From positions 3,981,362-4,045,361 of the forward strand of contig NC_068991.1 in the NCBI RefSeq assembly GCF_001194135.2: 64,000 nucleotides of DNA, written 5' to 3'. The translations under genes were made by a program, and so were the position numbers. Within the stretch, counting starts at the first letter, position 1; each line of letters starts with the position of its first letter. The notes under the pieces were generated by a model, which saw only the letters and a list, made by a program, of their open reading frames with translations, did no database searches and had not been told where the DNA came from. This DNA is from Octopus bimaculoides. Taxonomy: Eukaryota. Of the stretch, positions 38,862 through 52,673 are shown in pieces.

Positions 38862-39693
38862 CATTTATTTATTATTAAAAACACACACGCGTACACATGT
38901 ATCAGGTAAAAGAGCGGTCCACATGTGAAGGAAGCACAAATATATATTGCTACATCGATATTACAAACGGCAGCGGATAATTTTTTTACATGATTTTGAA
39001 ATGTCGTATACATAGCAACATTTAAACAACATCTCCAATAACGAAGTAATTCCTATATCAACACAGTATCCGCCACTATGTATGTGTGTGTCTGAGAAAG
39101 TGGTTATACGCTTTTCTTTAATGTACTTTTAACAAATTTGAGTGAAATCAACTGGTGTTTTGACATAATTTACAACACAATATGGCAGGCGTTTCTTCGT
39201 AGAAATCATTACAATTGAATTTATGATGAAGTAATGGAAAAATAATGAGGACAGTTTGGTAAAACTGGAGCAGTATATCGGGGAATAGATTCCTGTAGAG
39301 ATATATGGTGTGAAGAACGAGAGGAAATATCATAAATACATGCATAAGAATGTGACGATGATTTTGAAAACAAAGCATGTAAATTTTGTAAATTTGACAG
39401 TATTTGAGTGGGGAAATGATAGGACAGTTTGTGTGTGTGTTGTGGTATGCTAACTGTGTGTATATGTGTATGCGAAGCTACGTTTGGCTGTAAATAAACG
39501 TGTACAAACACACGCAGACACGTATACATGCGGACTTATATTGAGAGAGAGAAAGAGAGGGGAGAGAGAAATAGAGAGAATGAGAGGAGAGAGAGAGAGA
39601 GAGAGAGAAAGAGTGAGAGAAAAGGGGAAAGTGAAAACGCGTACATGTATGTCATGTGACAGTAATGAGAATCAATCTGTACTTGTTTTGTCA

Positions 39694-39734
<41 letters not shown>

Positions 39735-41315
39735 AACACACACACATATATATATATATAGATTCTCTCCTTTTTTCTCTCATTTTTTTCTCCTTGTTGC
39801 ACTCCGTTTCGCGAGTAAATTACGATGTGGCTATTTGGATAAGCTTGGGTTTTCGGAAGAAAGAAATCAACCAACTAACGCGCACATTACAAATACAATC
39901 TATAAGTGGAACAGTAAAAATACGCAAGAGTTTTCTCAAGTTTGTAATGCGACATTGACTCTTATTATCGACATTCTAATGTCTGACCTTTGTATCTTTA
40001 TTGTAAGAAGAGTTAAAATATTGAAAACAGAAGAGAACATTCATATTTACAAATGTACATACATTCAGATATATATAACTGCATGAACATTGCTTGTACG
40101 AAATATTTTCTACATACTATCTACTACTAATATTACGTTACCAGAAAAACAACAGAGGTTGTCTCCTGAAAAGAAGTGACTTACCTGTACCTGGTGTTTG
40201 TAAAACGAACCGTTATTTAAAACAGTAGAAAGAAAAAAAATATGCAAAAAACGTCTACATGTTTTAATATTATATAGCTTTCGGCAGGATGTCATATTTC
40301 AGCAAACAAGAGACATTACACATGAAAAAAAAAAAAACAGCTCTTATACTAAAATAATTTTGAAACGATGCCATGTTAAAAATCACGAGTCATGTGTCTG
40401 TTAAATGAAAAGCAAAGAACATTATGAAAACAGTTGTGTCTCAATAAATAGATGAATTATTTTCATTGTTGTCGTTTTAGCTTCATTATACGGTCATGTA
40501 GATGAGTCTAGAGAAAGAGAATTTGCGAAGATCTCATCGTACTAATGTATCACTTTAAACCACTGGCTAGAAATTTTATAGAGAAACAATAAACATTATA
40601 ATTTAAAATCTCTGTGTAAGATAGAAATCCCAGCTGGTGAGATATAGTACAGTTTGAATATATAATTTAGTAGTGCTTAGGGATATAATTATGCTAAAAG
40701 CTACTTTGAAAGATAGCAAATATTTAAAGCTCTAAATACTAAAAGATGTATTTAGGTTACTACTAAATCCAAAGAACTAGAGCAGAAACAAACAATAGCC
40801 ACGTAGAACAGTTTGATAGTGCCAAGATACGATGTTTTGAAATTCCACCAATAACTAAAGGGTACCGCAGAGAATAATTCTACTAAATTTGTATCAGCAT
40901 TGGCTTCTGGCTAAATGTCAGTTTTTAATAAGTGAATAAATCCCTAGGATCACAGAATTGCGCTAGTGAGGCAGTGAAGCGTGATTCGAAACTATGAAAA
41001 CTTAGAGGGTTAATACACTTTGCTGACCCAGAAAAGATGAAAAGCAGAGTGTAGTTGGGCAGTGTTTTATTCAGAACGTACATGGAGTGAATAAAAATCG
41101 CAAAGTTTTCTTTTCTTCCAGAAGACCCAAAGGGCAGGTGAGGCTATGTAAACGGTACGGAAGGGCCGCTGTTAAACTCCTGGTTCAATAAAAGCAAGAT
41201 TGGGGTGTTAAAGGCAGGTCGTTTGTGAGCGTGTATGTCTTAAATAAAATAAGATAATTTGATATTCCGAGGACATTTATAGACAAAAACGGCCTTGGCG
41301 TTATGATATTTTATC

Positions 41316-41405
<90 letters not shown>

Positions 41406-41407
<2 letters not shown>

Positions 41408-41712
41408 TCTTTTATTCTTTCATTTGTTGCAGTCATGCCGGAGCACCGCCTTTAGTCGAATAAACGGTTCCCAGGACTTATATTTTCGTAAGCCTCGTAC
41501 TTGTTCTATCGGTCTATTTCGCTGAACCGCTAGATTACGGGGACGTAAACACACCCACATCGATTGTCAGGCGATGGTGGGCGGCCAAGCACAGACATAA
41601 ACATATACATATAAATATACAAATATACGACGGGCTTCTTTCAGTTTCCATCTACTAAATCCACTCACAAGGCTTTGGTCGCCTCGAGGCACTTGCCCAA
41701 GTTGCCATGCAG
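41406..41712 (-). mobile_element. SINE family 2 copy
   Basis: GGAGCACCGCCTTTAGTCGAA...TTACGGGGACGTAAACACACC...CGACGGGCTTCTTTCAGTTTCC...ACTTGCCCAAG. Confidence 0.82.
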
Positions 41713-41758
41713 TGGAACTATACATACATACATATATATATATATATCTATATATATG

Positions 41759-41799
<41 letters not shown>

Positions 41800-41842
41800 G
41801 TATATATATCTATATATGTATATATATCTATATACATATATA

Positions 41843-41880
<38 letters not shown>

Positions 41881-41957
41881 NNNNNNNNNNNNNNNNNNAT
41901 ACATACATATACATTTATATATATGTGTGTGTATGTATATAAATATATATATACATG

Positions 41958-41996
<39 letters not shown>

Positions 41997-42260
41997 GCCA
42001 CGCATATATGATAACGTAAGTCTTTGTTACTTCTATCATTATGATTTAAGCACTCTCATGCAAAGTCCTGCTGCTCGATTGAATGCTTCCGCCTCCTCTT
42101 CCTCATCATCATCATCATTAGAAGTACCACCAACACCAACGCCAACACCAGCACCACCACCAACACCACCGTTATCATTGTCTATTTTCTTTTCCTTCTC
42201 GTTTTCTTTCAGCAGTGAAATAAGAATAAACAGAAGCACCATCTCCTTCTTCAACTATTT

Positions 42261-42372
42261 TTCTTCTTCTTCTTCTTCTTCTTCTTCTTCTTCTTCTTCT
42301 TCTTCTTCTTCTTCTTCTTCTTCTTCTTCTTCTTCTTCTTCTTCTTCTTCTTCTTCTTCTTCTTCTTCTTCT
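42261..42372. repeat. (CTT)n microsatellite
   Basis: Perfect TTC/CTT run. Confidence 0.95.
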
Positions 42373-42909
42373 TCCTCTTCCATCATATTGCCATTGTCAT
42401 CTCGACATAAAAATTATCATAAAATTCATTTATATTATTTTCCTTCTACAAATAACCTTGCATTATTGTAGTATCGTGAAGACATTGCAAAGCTAAGCAC
42501 GATTTGAAAACATCTTTCTCATGAATTGAAAATTTAAACGGAAGACGGAAGTGCTCATGTTGAAAAGTCTAGAAACATCGAAGTATATTTTTTACTGTTT
42601 GTTATTTCTAAGTTAACACATCGTCAACAAAGTACATAGTTTAAAGATTTGCTTCGTAGCTTTAATCATTTTTACGACATATTTTCTTCCTCTATACGCT
42701 GAAAATTTCGGAGAACTTGTTTAATATATCTTTTTCTATATACTTTTGTTCACATCTGTCTATATATGTGTATATGTATGTGTGTATGTACGTATGCATG
42801 CATTTATGTACGTATGCATGTTTGTGTGTATGTATATATGTATGTATATATATATATATATATATATATGCATTAATCTATCTCTTTCTCTATCTATCTA
42901 TCTATCTAT

Positions 42910-43410
42910 CTATCCATCATCAAAAGAGCCACCCCATCAATGAAGTGTACTATACCGCCTTGCTGAAGCAAATGCGAAAGGCTATCCAGAACAAATAGCC
43001 AAGAAAACTAACAAAAATGGTCTTGTTTCCTTAGGACACTGCTCCAGTGCAGAAAACTTTGGCTTCAATGGCTGCTGTTCATGACTGTGCCTTTCAATGT
43101 TTTGATCAGCCACCCTGTTCTTCTGACTTGGTCCCATCTGACAATCATCTGTTCCTCAATATAAAAAACAACAACAACAACAACACATGACTGAGAATCA
43201 GTTCCGCAGTGATGATGGCGCCATATCTGCTGTTGGTGACATTTTTGACCAACAGGACGAGAGTCTCCTCACCAGTGGGTTCCAAGGACTGCAACACCGA
43301 TTGAAGAAGTGTATGGGCCGCAAGAGGGACTACGTTAAAAAATTAACCTCATTTGGCCACGTTTCATGAATGAACCTTGGTCAGCTTATGAACTTCTCAG
43401 CCTATTTTCG
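42910..43410 (+). mobile_element. Mariner 3' half (decayed transposase and right TIR), a different family from 64-1272
   Basis: HQKSHPINEVYYTALLKQMRKAI, VLFP*DTAP (HQDNAP), PPCSSDLVPSDNHLF (YSPDLAPSDYHLF), QFRSDDGAISAVGDIFDQQDES...LQHRLKKC. Ends GGTCAGCTTATGAACTTCTCAGCCTATTTTCG|TA. Confidence 0.9.
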
Positions 43411-43597
43411 TATGCATATACATATATGAATTTATGTGACCACATACGTGTGTGTGGTGGTGTGTCCAACGTACAAAATGACATGAAGACCTACTAAAGC
43501 CGGACGGTGAATCCCGGCCCAGTGTTCTGAAGTATATCATGGCTGCGCCTATTTGAAGAAAAGAAGCTGCAAGGCCATACATATGTATGCACGTGTA

Positions 43598-43630
<33 letters not shown>

Positions 43631-44593
43631 TATATATAACAGATGCACGCTAGTCTTTACATAAACAAACACACACACACCCAAACACGCGTATATGCTT
43701 GTGTCTACATTTGTATGTGTGTAGGCGTGAGTGAGTGTGTGCGCAGTAGTATAGTAGCGACGGATATGTTTGTTTATTAGTTCTATTCTAAATTACGCAT
43801 GTTTGTATATTTGTTTCTCTCCGGTTTATCACATTTGATATGTAAAAATTTAATTAAATCAAAAGACAGTGTACGACCACTTGGAAATATAAAACAATAG
43901 ATAAAATGGATGAGATGTAAATTCTGAAAAGGTTCTGCAAACAATATTACCCAAAGGGATAGTTCAAAGCGAGCAAAATTTTATTTACTGTTGGTTGATT
44001 CCCTTTGTAAAGAAAATATGAATATATCTGCAACGTGGTAGCCATTATAAAAATGAAAATACAAAAGATAAGTTCCCACGGTGAAATTAAAATAAATTAT
44101 AGAACAGAAAAGAAATTGGTGTTATTGTTTTAAAGCTTTTTGCATAATCTTTTATTCTTACATCACTAATATTGAAGTTTGTTGAAAGTAGAAGTGACAT
44201 AAATGCTTTGAACTTCTCAGCTTCGTCCCTGGTTTCAAATTCTAAGGTAGATGACCATGCTTTCTGTTCATTATTCCAGTATCGGTTCAAATTCCACTGA
44301 GGTTGAATTTGCCTTTCATCCTTTCTAGGTCGATAAAATAAGTACCAGATGACCATTCCCCCTACCACGGAATTGCTAGCTTTGGATCAGAGTTCGAGAG
44401 AATTATTCTGGCGTTAATAAAGGGAAAAAAAATGCTCATACATGATTCTATACTTCATGCCATCCGAGTGTATCCCAAAGCGGAGATATAACCACATAAC
44501 GGGCGGTGGTACAAAATTTTTTATACGATTACTAAAACAAAGATGGGGATTCAGGGAGTAATAGAAACATCTGTAGAAATTTTTCAACATTGC

Positions 44594-44760
44594 GTGGCTG
44601 AATAGTAAAAGATTTGAGAACTTTGCCTACCAATGAAATGGTTCCAGGTTCAAGCCCACCACGTGGAAACTTGGATAAGTGACTTCCACCATATCCTAGG
44701 GCCGACCAAAGCTGTGTGAGTGGATTTGTTACAGGGATACGGAAAGAAACCGAACTGGTA
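44594..44760 (+). mobile_element. SINE family 2, 5' half (diverged)
   Basis: GTGGCTGAATAGTAA...GGTTCCAGGTTCAAGCCC...GGGCCGACCAAAGCTGTGTGAGTGGATTTG. Confidence 0.7.
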
Positions 44761-44764
44761 TATA

Positions 44765-45170
44765 TATTCTTTTATTCTTCTATTATCTTACTTGTTTCAG
44801 TCATATGACTGCGGCCATGCTGGAGCACCACCTTTTAGTCGAGCAAATCGAGCCCAGGACTTATTCTTTGTAAGCCTAGTACTTATTGTACCGCCATCTT
44901 TTTGCCGAACCGCTAAGATACGGGGACGTAAACACACCAACATCACATGTCAAGCGATGTTTAGGGGTGGGAGCAAGTACAGACACAAAAACACACACAG
45001 ACACACACACGTATATATATNNNNNNNNNNNNNNNNNNNNNNNNNNNNNNNNNNNNNNNNNNNNNNNNNNNNNNNNNNNNNNNNNNNNNNNNNNNNNNNN
45101 NNNNNNNNNNNNNNNNNNNNNNNNNNNNNNNNNNNNNNNNATATACATATATGCGACGGGCTTCTTAAAG
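44765..45170 (-). mobile_element. SINE family 2, 3' half with an expanded internal microsatellite containing a gap
   Basis: TTACTTGTTTCAGTCATATGACTGCGGCCATGCTGGAGCACC...CCGAACCGCTAAGATACGGGGACGTAAACACACC, then CA/TA tract and N gap, resuming GCGACGGGCTTCTT. Confidence 0.85.
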
Positions 45171-46254
45171 AAAATTAACATAAAATTATGTGGGAATCTG
45201 TCATTATAGAAAAATGCTGGGTAAATGCAACCAATTTAATAATAGAAATATAATGTGGTGATATGAGAGAAGCGAAATAATGGAAAGAGACATAGAAAGC
45301 ATGAATTATATTAGGAAATGAAACGCAGTTAGAACAATAATTGTGGAAACAAGCAGTGCAAGAAATGTTGTAATATTGCAGTTGAATAGCAGAATAGTAA
45401 GAGCGTCGGAGAAAATGCCTTGCTGAATATGTTTTGGCTTTCTACATTCTGAGATTCCAGACAGGTATTGCGAAATTGTCTGCTAAATGTCTCGTTCAGT
45501 GAATATTCTGTCAAGTTGCTTCAGGGCTTTCTAAAAGATGCCATTGAAATTGAAGCGTCATACGAGACAGATTTTTGGCATTTTGTATAAATATATTGAC
45601 CCTTGCTGCATAAAGGTGATAGGAAGAGAGGAATGTATTTATTTTCACTTAAATGAATGACGGACTTCTGAATGGTTAGAGATGCAGACAGACAGATAAA
45701 AATATGATACGCATTCATAAGTCATGTAACGTATCTTCTAATTTATTAACACACAAAAAATGTAAGGAGATATAATGGGGGATAGAACAGAACCGACAGA
45801 GAGCGAAATAAAATGGAGTATAATTATGGACATATATTTGCCAGTGTTTGTGTGTGTGGGCGTGTGTTTTCTGTCTACGGGTGAGACAGAGCAAAATTAT
45901 GGCGGAAAGATAAATAAAAAATTTAAAATGCTGTAGCATTTGTGAATATTAAATGAGTGTCTCGAACAATATCGCCGTAAAATATAAATTGCCACATACG
46001 CACACACACACAACACACACAAACACACACATACACACGCAAAGACTAAGAAAATAGAGTTTAGTTGTTTTCTTAAAATGGCAACTTCGACTAACCTATA
46101 AATGAAATAAAGGTAATTTCTTTAAAATGAGTTATCTAATTCAGTGGGGGAGTGGTGTTGAAAAATGGGATGATAATGGGGTAAGCTAAACGGGACACTG
46201 GATGTAAAAGATAACAAACAAAATAAAGGGTTAAAAAAATAACAAATAAAATAA

Positions 46255-46370
46255 ATTTCCCAAAGATACCTGATGAAGGCTGGAGAGTATATCAGCCGAA
46301 AAGTTGTGTTAACAACAAACAAGTTGAGGACAAATATCCGTCAAATGTAAATAATGTAAATGACATAAAT
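46255..46370 (+). mobile_element. Family-4 SINE 3' fragment carrying the best-preserved hammerhead motif
   Basis: GATAC-CTGATGA-A-GGCTG(GAGAGTATAT)CAGCC-GAAA-AGTT-GTGTT at 46265-46310, then the tail CCGTCAAATGTAAATAATGTAAAT. Confidence 0.8.
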
Positions 46371-46489
46371 AAAGGGTTAATTAGGTTGCTTCCTTTGTAA
46401 AATACTGACGTTTTGAATTTGCTTCAGAAAATGGTCTATATCTGTGATGATGAAGCGGGGGTGGGGTGTCACTATGACTGTGGCCTTAA

Positions 46490-46529
46490 AACCCAGGGGG
46501 CAGGAATCTGAACAGTTTGGGAACCACTG
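46490..46529. mobile_element. hAT (Charlie-like) terminal fragment
   Basis: GTTTGGGAACCACTG (rc CAGTGGTTCCCAAAC, a typical hAT-Charlie terminus), followed by ATCTAATA resembling the nTCTAGAn target preference. No partner end found. Confidence 0.5.
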
Positions 46530-47361
46530 ATCTAATATGCAGTCTTCTTGTGTGCTTTCTTAACGGTAAATGTTTTCACGGTAGAGATGTTTATGGTGAA
46601 TTTACCGGAACACGCTGAAATTTGCAGCTTTCATCTTTAAAGTGAAATTTATAAATCACATTGTTAATCCACAGTTTGTTGTAGGGATGGCATTGTTTGG
46701 GTGTGTTATTGAAGAAGAGGCTTCTGACATTCGTGTATCGCTTTTATCAGTTTATAGAGACGCATTTTATGACGTAAACCAATAATAAAAAAAAAAACCT
46801 AACGGATAAAACGCCCTCTTAATAATAACAAAGGTATATTATTAAGAATCTTCATTAATTTTAAAACGAATTATGGCAGTGTATTTCAAGAGCAATATCA
46901 TAGAAAAACTGTATAATAAGTAGGGATGAGACCGACAATGACCTTTTAAGTGAAGCACCAACAAGGCTGCATTTCATTGACCGAAACAATAGTGTAAAAT
47001 TAAAGAACACACACACACAAACGCACAAATTCGTTCGTAACCACACGCATGCGCACACGCACACACTCTGGCACACCTGCGCATAAACGCCCTTCTTTCG
47101 CTCTCTCTCTATATATGTATTTGGGCAGCTGTGTATTGTTTTGACTAATGGGGTATCGAAATGTCTAAGTAGATAAGGAAAGACACATTTGTAAGTATTT
47201 AGACAAGTACACATCTCATTCGAGATTTCGTCCGTTGATGTCTACGTCGTCTTTGTAAACTGTCAACAACTGTCTTCTCATTATTTGTTATTTTCCTATA
47301 CACATACAATAAATACATACCTACCCATATCCATAAATATACGCACACACACACACACACA

Positions 47362-47439
<78 letters not shown>

Positions 47440-47744
47440 AGATTGTGTGTGTGTGTGAGATTGTGTGTGTGTATAGTTTTATTTTCTTATTGTAGTGTTT
47501 CTTGTCTTTCACAGTATTTAGAGCCTCTTTGTAAATGGTTTTAACGGATCTTTAGCACCGTGAGATGCATTGTGATAATTTACTCGAGTTGGTTTAGCAA
47601 TCTTCTTTAATCTCATTAATCGATAACAAGCTCCTTAGCTCTCGACTGCAATTAAACTATTTGCCAGAATGCGTTGCTGATGTTTGCAAAAGAAACCGTA
47701 TAACAGCACAAAACAAAGATTAATTCGAGAAACTTGATGATAAA

Positions 47745-47756
47745 GATGATGACGAC

Positions 47757-47828
<72 letters not shown>
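47745..47828. repeat. (GAT)n microsatellite
   Basis: Near-perfect GAT run. Confidence 0.95.
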
Positions 47829-47829
<1 letters not shown>

Positions 47830-48039
47830 GCAACGACGAAAACAAAAGCAATACGAACAATAACAACGATAATAATAATAACATCCGCGACAATGATAAT
47901 TATAGTAATCCTTTTCTACTATAGGCAAAGGGCCTGGAATTTTGAGGGGAGGGGTACTAGTCATTTAAAACGAATACAGTGCTTAACAGGTACTTATAAT
48001 AACAACATCAACAACAGCCACAGCAATAATAATATTTCT

Positions 48040-48240
48040 TTTTACTACTGGTACGTGGCTTGAAATTCTTGGGTAGGCTACATCGACCCTGATGTGTAAC
48101 TGTTACTTATATCTACCCTGAAAGGTTAAATATAATAAGGATATTAAGTCAAGGTCGACCTAGTCGGAATTTGAACCCTGAACGCAAAAACGGGTGAAAT
48201 GTCGGTAAGAATTATGAAAGGCGTACCAACGATTGAGCTG
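48040..48240 (-). mobile_element. SINE family 1 copy (highly diverged)
   Basis: AAGGTCGACCTAGTCGGAATTTGAACCCTGAACG resembles family 1 on the reverse strand. Confidence 0.6.
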
Positions 48241-48976
48241 ATTTCCAGTATTTCCATTGCCAAATATTGCGATAGGAAACTTCGTTAATATTTAAATTTT
48301 CATATAAAATATAACAATCATATTAAACCGGAAGGTGACCTGGAGTAGGGAGGTCACGTCATTGAAGACGTCGCGAACGGTGACGAAAGGATTTTGTCCA
48401 ACTCAGCAGACTGATTGTTTCACCGAATGAATGATCAAGAAATCGATTATTTAGTTCTTTAAATGGCTCACCAGTCGACAAAATATATATAAGTGAAAGA
48501 AAACCAGTGCATGATAATAATTTTAGCATAATGACCCTCCCGAGATAAGAAACAAAAACTATAGGATTAAAGCGGAATTAATAAATAACAAAAGAAATAA
48601 CTCCGCGAACAGAATGTTTTTTTTTTTCATAATACATTCTCACATATAAGCGACTAACCATTATTCTGTAGAAAACCAATTATTTTCGGAAAGGTGAAAA
48701 TATTATCTGCACGCTCCATTTTCACGGCTGCTCGAAGCGTCGTAGCTCCACGCTGGTCATTTGAAAGTTGTAAGGGGTGGGGTGCATTATTCGTGATAAC
48801 ATCTTCTTTGAAATTCTTAAGTAGCTATTTTAATGATAACAATACCTTCCAACGGCTATTGTTTCTGAAGAAAATAAAACTTCGACAACATGAACGTGAT
48901 CCTGCATCATTTGTTCCATTTTTAATGTAGGTTACACTGCCTAAAATTTAGTGCATTTAGTAAATATTAAAATATA

Positions 48977-49191
48977 TTCTTTTCTATTTTAGGCACACGG
49001 CCCGAAATTTTTGGGGAGGGGGCCAGTCGATTAGATCATCCCATAGTACGCAACTGGTACTTAATTTATCTACCCCGAAAGGATGAAAGGCAAAATCGAC
49101 TACAGCGGAATTTGCATTCAGAAATTAAAGACAGACGAAATACCACTAAGTATTTCGCCTGACGTACTAGAAACTCTGCCAGCACGACGCC
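48977..49191 (-). mobile_element. SINE family 1 copy
   Basis: GGCCCGAAATTTTTGGGGAGGGGGCCAGTCGATTAGATC...CCCCGAAAGGATGAAAGGCAAA...CTGCCAGCACGACGCC. Confidence 0.85.
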
Positions 49192-49207
49192 TTATATTTA
49201 GAAAGTG

Positions 49208-49389
49208 AGGGGGAAATGGCCAGTTGATTAGACCAACCCCAGTACGCAACTGGTATTTATTTCATCGACCCCCGAAAGGATGAAAGGCAAAGTCGACCTC
49301 GGTGGAATCTGAACTCAGAACATAAAGACAGATGAAATACCGCTAAGCATTTCGCCCGGCGTGCTAACGTTTCTGCCAACTCGCCGCCC
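49208..49389 (-). mobile_element. SINE family 1 copy, tandem to the previous one
   Basis: CCCCAGTACGCAACTGGTA...GAAAGGATGAAAGGCAAAGTCGACCTCGG...GCCCGGCGTGCTAACGTTTCTGCCAACTCGCCGCC. Confidence 0.85.
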
Positions 49390-50600
49390 TAATGTAGCGT
49401 AGTATATTGTGACGGAGATAAATATTATCTACCTATGACGGATGTCTTTATATGTATACCTATGTCTGCATACGTTGCAATATTCATAGTTTGAGAGAAT
49501 GTTGGTATGTTTTTTTATTTATTGATTCATTATTTATTTGTTTTGCTAGAATGACGAGTCGCCTTTTACCGTCTGTGTCATGCTTAATGGAAAACAAATT
49601 GCTTCCGTAGATCGCTCTCAGTTGTTTACGAAAAGTTGCTTCTGTGAAAAGGCATATTGTATTGCGACCTGATACATATATATGGCTAGACTGAGTGATC
49701 GAAACAGGATTTCCTATATAAAATTGTGAAGCCATAGCCTTCAAGTGGATGCGAAATATATCTTAAGTAAATTCATGTTTAACACGTTCGAATCTTCTCG
49801 AACGTGAAAGGACCTTTCGCTGCAGAAATAATCGCTGGAGAAAATTCTCCACATAGACTCTTGTAAATATACATTTCATTTTTTTGACTGTGAGTGACAT
49901 AATTAGATCATAAGACGCATACGTTTTTGCGTTTTTCCGTTTCGTCAGCTACGAAAACAAATCAGTCGCTTACTGAGACACAGATCGTATTTATCCGATG
50001 ACGGTAAAATAAGAAACAGGACTTCCAAAGATATTTATAGATGCTCTGTATAAGGCTCGTGGATTTTATTTCTTGATAGTATTTTCGTTATCTAGATTAC
50101 GCTCGGTAACATAGAATCAACAGGTTTACCTTATCTTTGCTAGCTAGGAATTAGGATTAGCTATCGGGAGACATTTCTGCCTAGGGAATATATGGCATTC
50201 CAATCTATCAAGTGGACGTCTATGCAATGTTCAATAACAAGGATATGTAAATACAGTAATCACTCATCATATCTCGGTTCACCTAACGCGCACTCAGTAC
50301 TTTGAATATATTTCTGGCTAATATATATAAATTTATATCGGTTTCTGCGGCCGATAGATATTTATATTTTTAGGATTTTAATTATGTCTATGGTAAAATA
50401 AGCATTTTCCTGCTTAAAGGTTAATAAATTAATAAATAAAAATACAGTGCAGATCTGAATAACACATTAATTAAAATCTATTAAAAGAAAATACGTAGTG
50501 TACCGTAGATGAGTAAACAAAGAATCGCACATACTGTACGGAAAACGAAACTCGGGAGGCGAGTGCGGGGTGTTGTTTTGCATTTATGATAAAATAAATA

Positions 50601-50765
50601 TAGGAGTAGCTGTGTGATAAGTAACTTGCTTACCAACCACATGGTTCCGGGTTCACTCCCACTGCGTGACACCTTGAGCAAGTGTCTTCTACTATAGCCT
50701 CGGGCTGATCAAAGTCTTGCGAGTGGATTTGGTAAACGGAAACCGAAAGAAGCCCGTCGTATATA
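50601..50765 (+). mobile_element. SINE family 2, 5' half
   Basis: TAGGAGTAGCTGTGTGATAAGTAACTTGCTTACCAACCACATGGTTCCGGGTTCACTCCCACTGCGTGACACCTTGAGCAAGTGTC...AAGAAGCCCGTCGTATAT. Confidence 0.85.
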
Positions 50766-51008
50766 TATATGTATNNNNNNNNNNNNNNNNNNNNNNNNNN
50801 NNNNNNNNNNNNNNNNNNNNNNNNNNNNNNNNNNNNNNNNNNNNNNNNNNNNNNNNNNNNNNNNNNNNNNNNNNNNNNNNNNNNNNNNNNNNNNNNNNNN
50901 NNNNNNNATATACATATTTGTGTGTGTGTATGTATAATATATATTTTATGTTGCAACATTGTATCTGTTGTCTTATGGTGTTACTTGTCACATGGTTTCT
51001 CTGCTTAC

Positions 51009-51153
51009 CGAATATTGTTTTATCTCCTGATTATTGTCTTTCGAAAGCTGTGTCTTCCTTACATAAAACCGTGTGTGACTTCGGGCGTATTCTTGCATAC
51101 GTACAAGAATCATTTGTTTACCAGCACCAAATGAAACGATGACAACAGAAGCT
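51009..51153 (-). CDS. Candidate internal exon of an unidentified gene
   Basis: ACATTCAG acceptor and TCG|GTAAGC donor, 145 nt, single open frame ASVVIVSFGAGKQMILVRMQEYARSHTRFYVRKTQLSKDNNQEIKQYS. Confidence 0.25.
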
Positions 51154-51543
51154 CTGAATGTACATAATCTCTGTAACGCGAGTACATGTTTTTTTGATGC
51201 TCATATTTCACTTTACAATTTGTTGACTGTCAGTAAATGTCAAAGGAATATTACATTGTTGGTGATCGTCTTTTTTTAAGCACGAAATAGATATTGTTTA
51301 ACCTTTTACCCTCTTTCATTGATACATGAGTTACACAGGCGCATGATCAGGTTTTGAGAAATCCAGTTTTTATATATTTATGGGAAACTATATTTCCGTC
51401 AGTTGGAAAAAGAGCAAATCACTTTTTATTGATTTATGATCCGTTTTAAAACAGAGCAATCAATAGTTTTAATATGCTCTGAGTCAGCGATTTCAGCCCC
51501 TCTCAAGTAATTCGTCACAGACACACGCGCACACACACACACC

Positions 51544-51630
<87 letters not shown>

Positions 51631-52022
51631 AGGCATGCACGCACATTCATACACACGTACTCGCGCTCTTGTGTCATCGTCATAGTCTAACGTCCATTTT
51701 CGTTGCTGGTATGGGATCAGTGGTCTGACAGGATTCAACGAGACGCAGGACTGCGTTGCGTTGCGGTGGCTGGTTTCGGCATATACTTACTTACGTATGT
51801 ATGTATGTATGTATGTATGTATGTATGTATGTATGTATGTATGTATGTGTGTATGCATCATGTGTATATGTTTGTATGTATACATGTATGTAATTAGATA
51901 GGTAGGTAGGTAGGTATGTATGTACACAGATTCACCCACGACACACCCTCATACACATTTTTACCTACTTATTTCTATGCGTGTATATAGAAGTATATAG
52001 AAGTATATATATGCAAGTAAGT

Positions 52023-52087
<65 letters not shown>

Positions 52088-52629
52088 NNNNNNNNNNNNN
52101 NNNNNNNNNNNNNNNNNNNNNNNNNNNNNNNNNNNNNNNNNNNNNNNNNNNNNNNNNNNNNNNNNNNNNNNNNNNNNNNNNNNNNNNNNNNNNNNNNNNN
52201 NNNNNNNNNNNNNNNNNNNNNNNNNNNNNNNNNNNNNNNNNNNNNNNNNNNNNNNNNNNNNNNNNNNNNNNNNNNNNNNNNNNNNNNNNNNNNNNNNNNN
52301 NNNNNNNNNNNNNNNNNNNNNNNNNNNNNNNNNNNNNNNNNNNNNNNNNNNNNNNNNNNNNNNNNNNNNNNNNNNNNNNNNNNNNNNNNNNNNNNNNNNN
52401 NNNNNNATTTAACTTATTAAACAAAGTTCAACAAATTCAATCATATTTTACGTAAATTGCGGAGATCAGATGTTACTATGGATGAGTATGTGTAAATAAA
52501 TATATATATTAAAAATAAACGTTTGTGTGTGTGTGTGTGTGGGGGGGAGAATGAGTGTAATTTTGTTTGTTTTAATAGTGTAAACCGTTAATTATAACCT
52601 GTATTTTTGTGGCTAGTCTAACTCCGTAT

Positions 52630-52673
<44 letters not shown>

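Noticed and set aside
45455-45590. Plus-strand open frame VLRNCLLNVSFSEYSVKLLQGFLKDAIEIEASYETDFWHFV
   Set aside because: Protein-like but short, with no recognisable family and no supporting neighbouring exons.
49915-49955. Minus-strand CTGACGA near AAAAACGTA as a hammerhead
   Set aside because: No GAAA and a weak stem II, so it is consistent with chance.
50146-50250. YRETFLPREY resembling the TSSK FLPRE motif
   Set aside because: Isolated five-residue match with no Gly loop or VAIK upstream.
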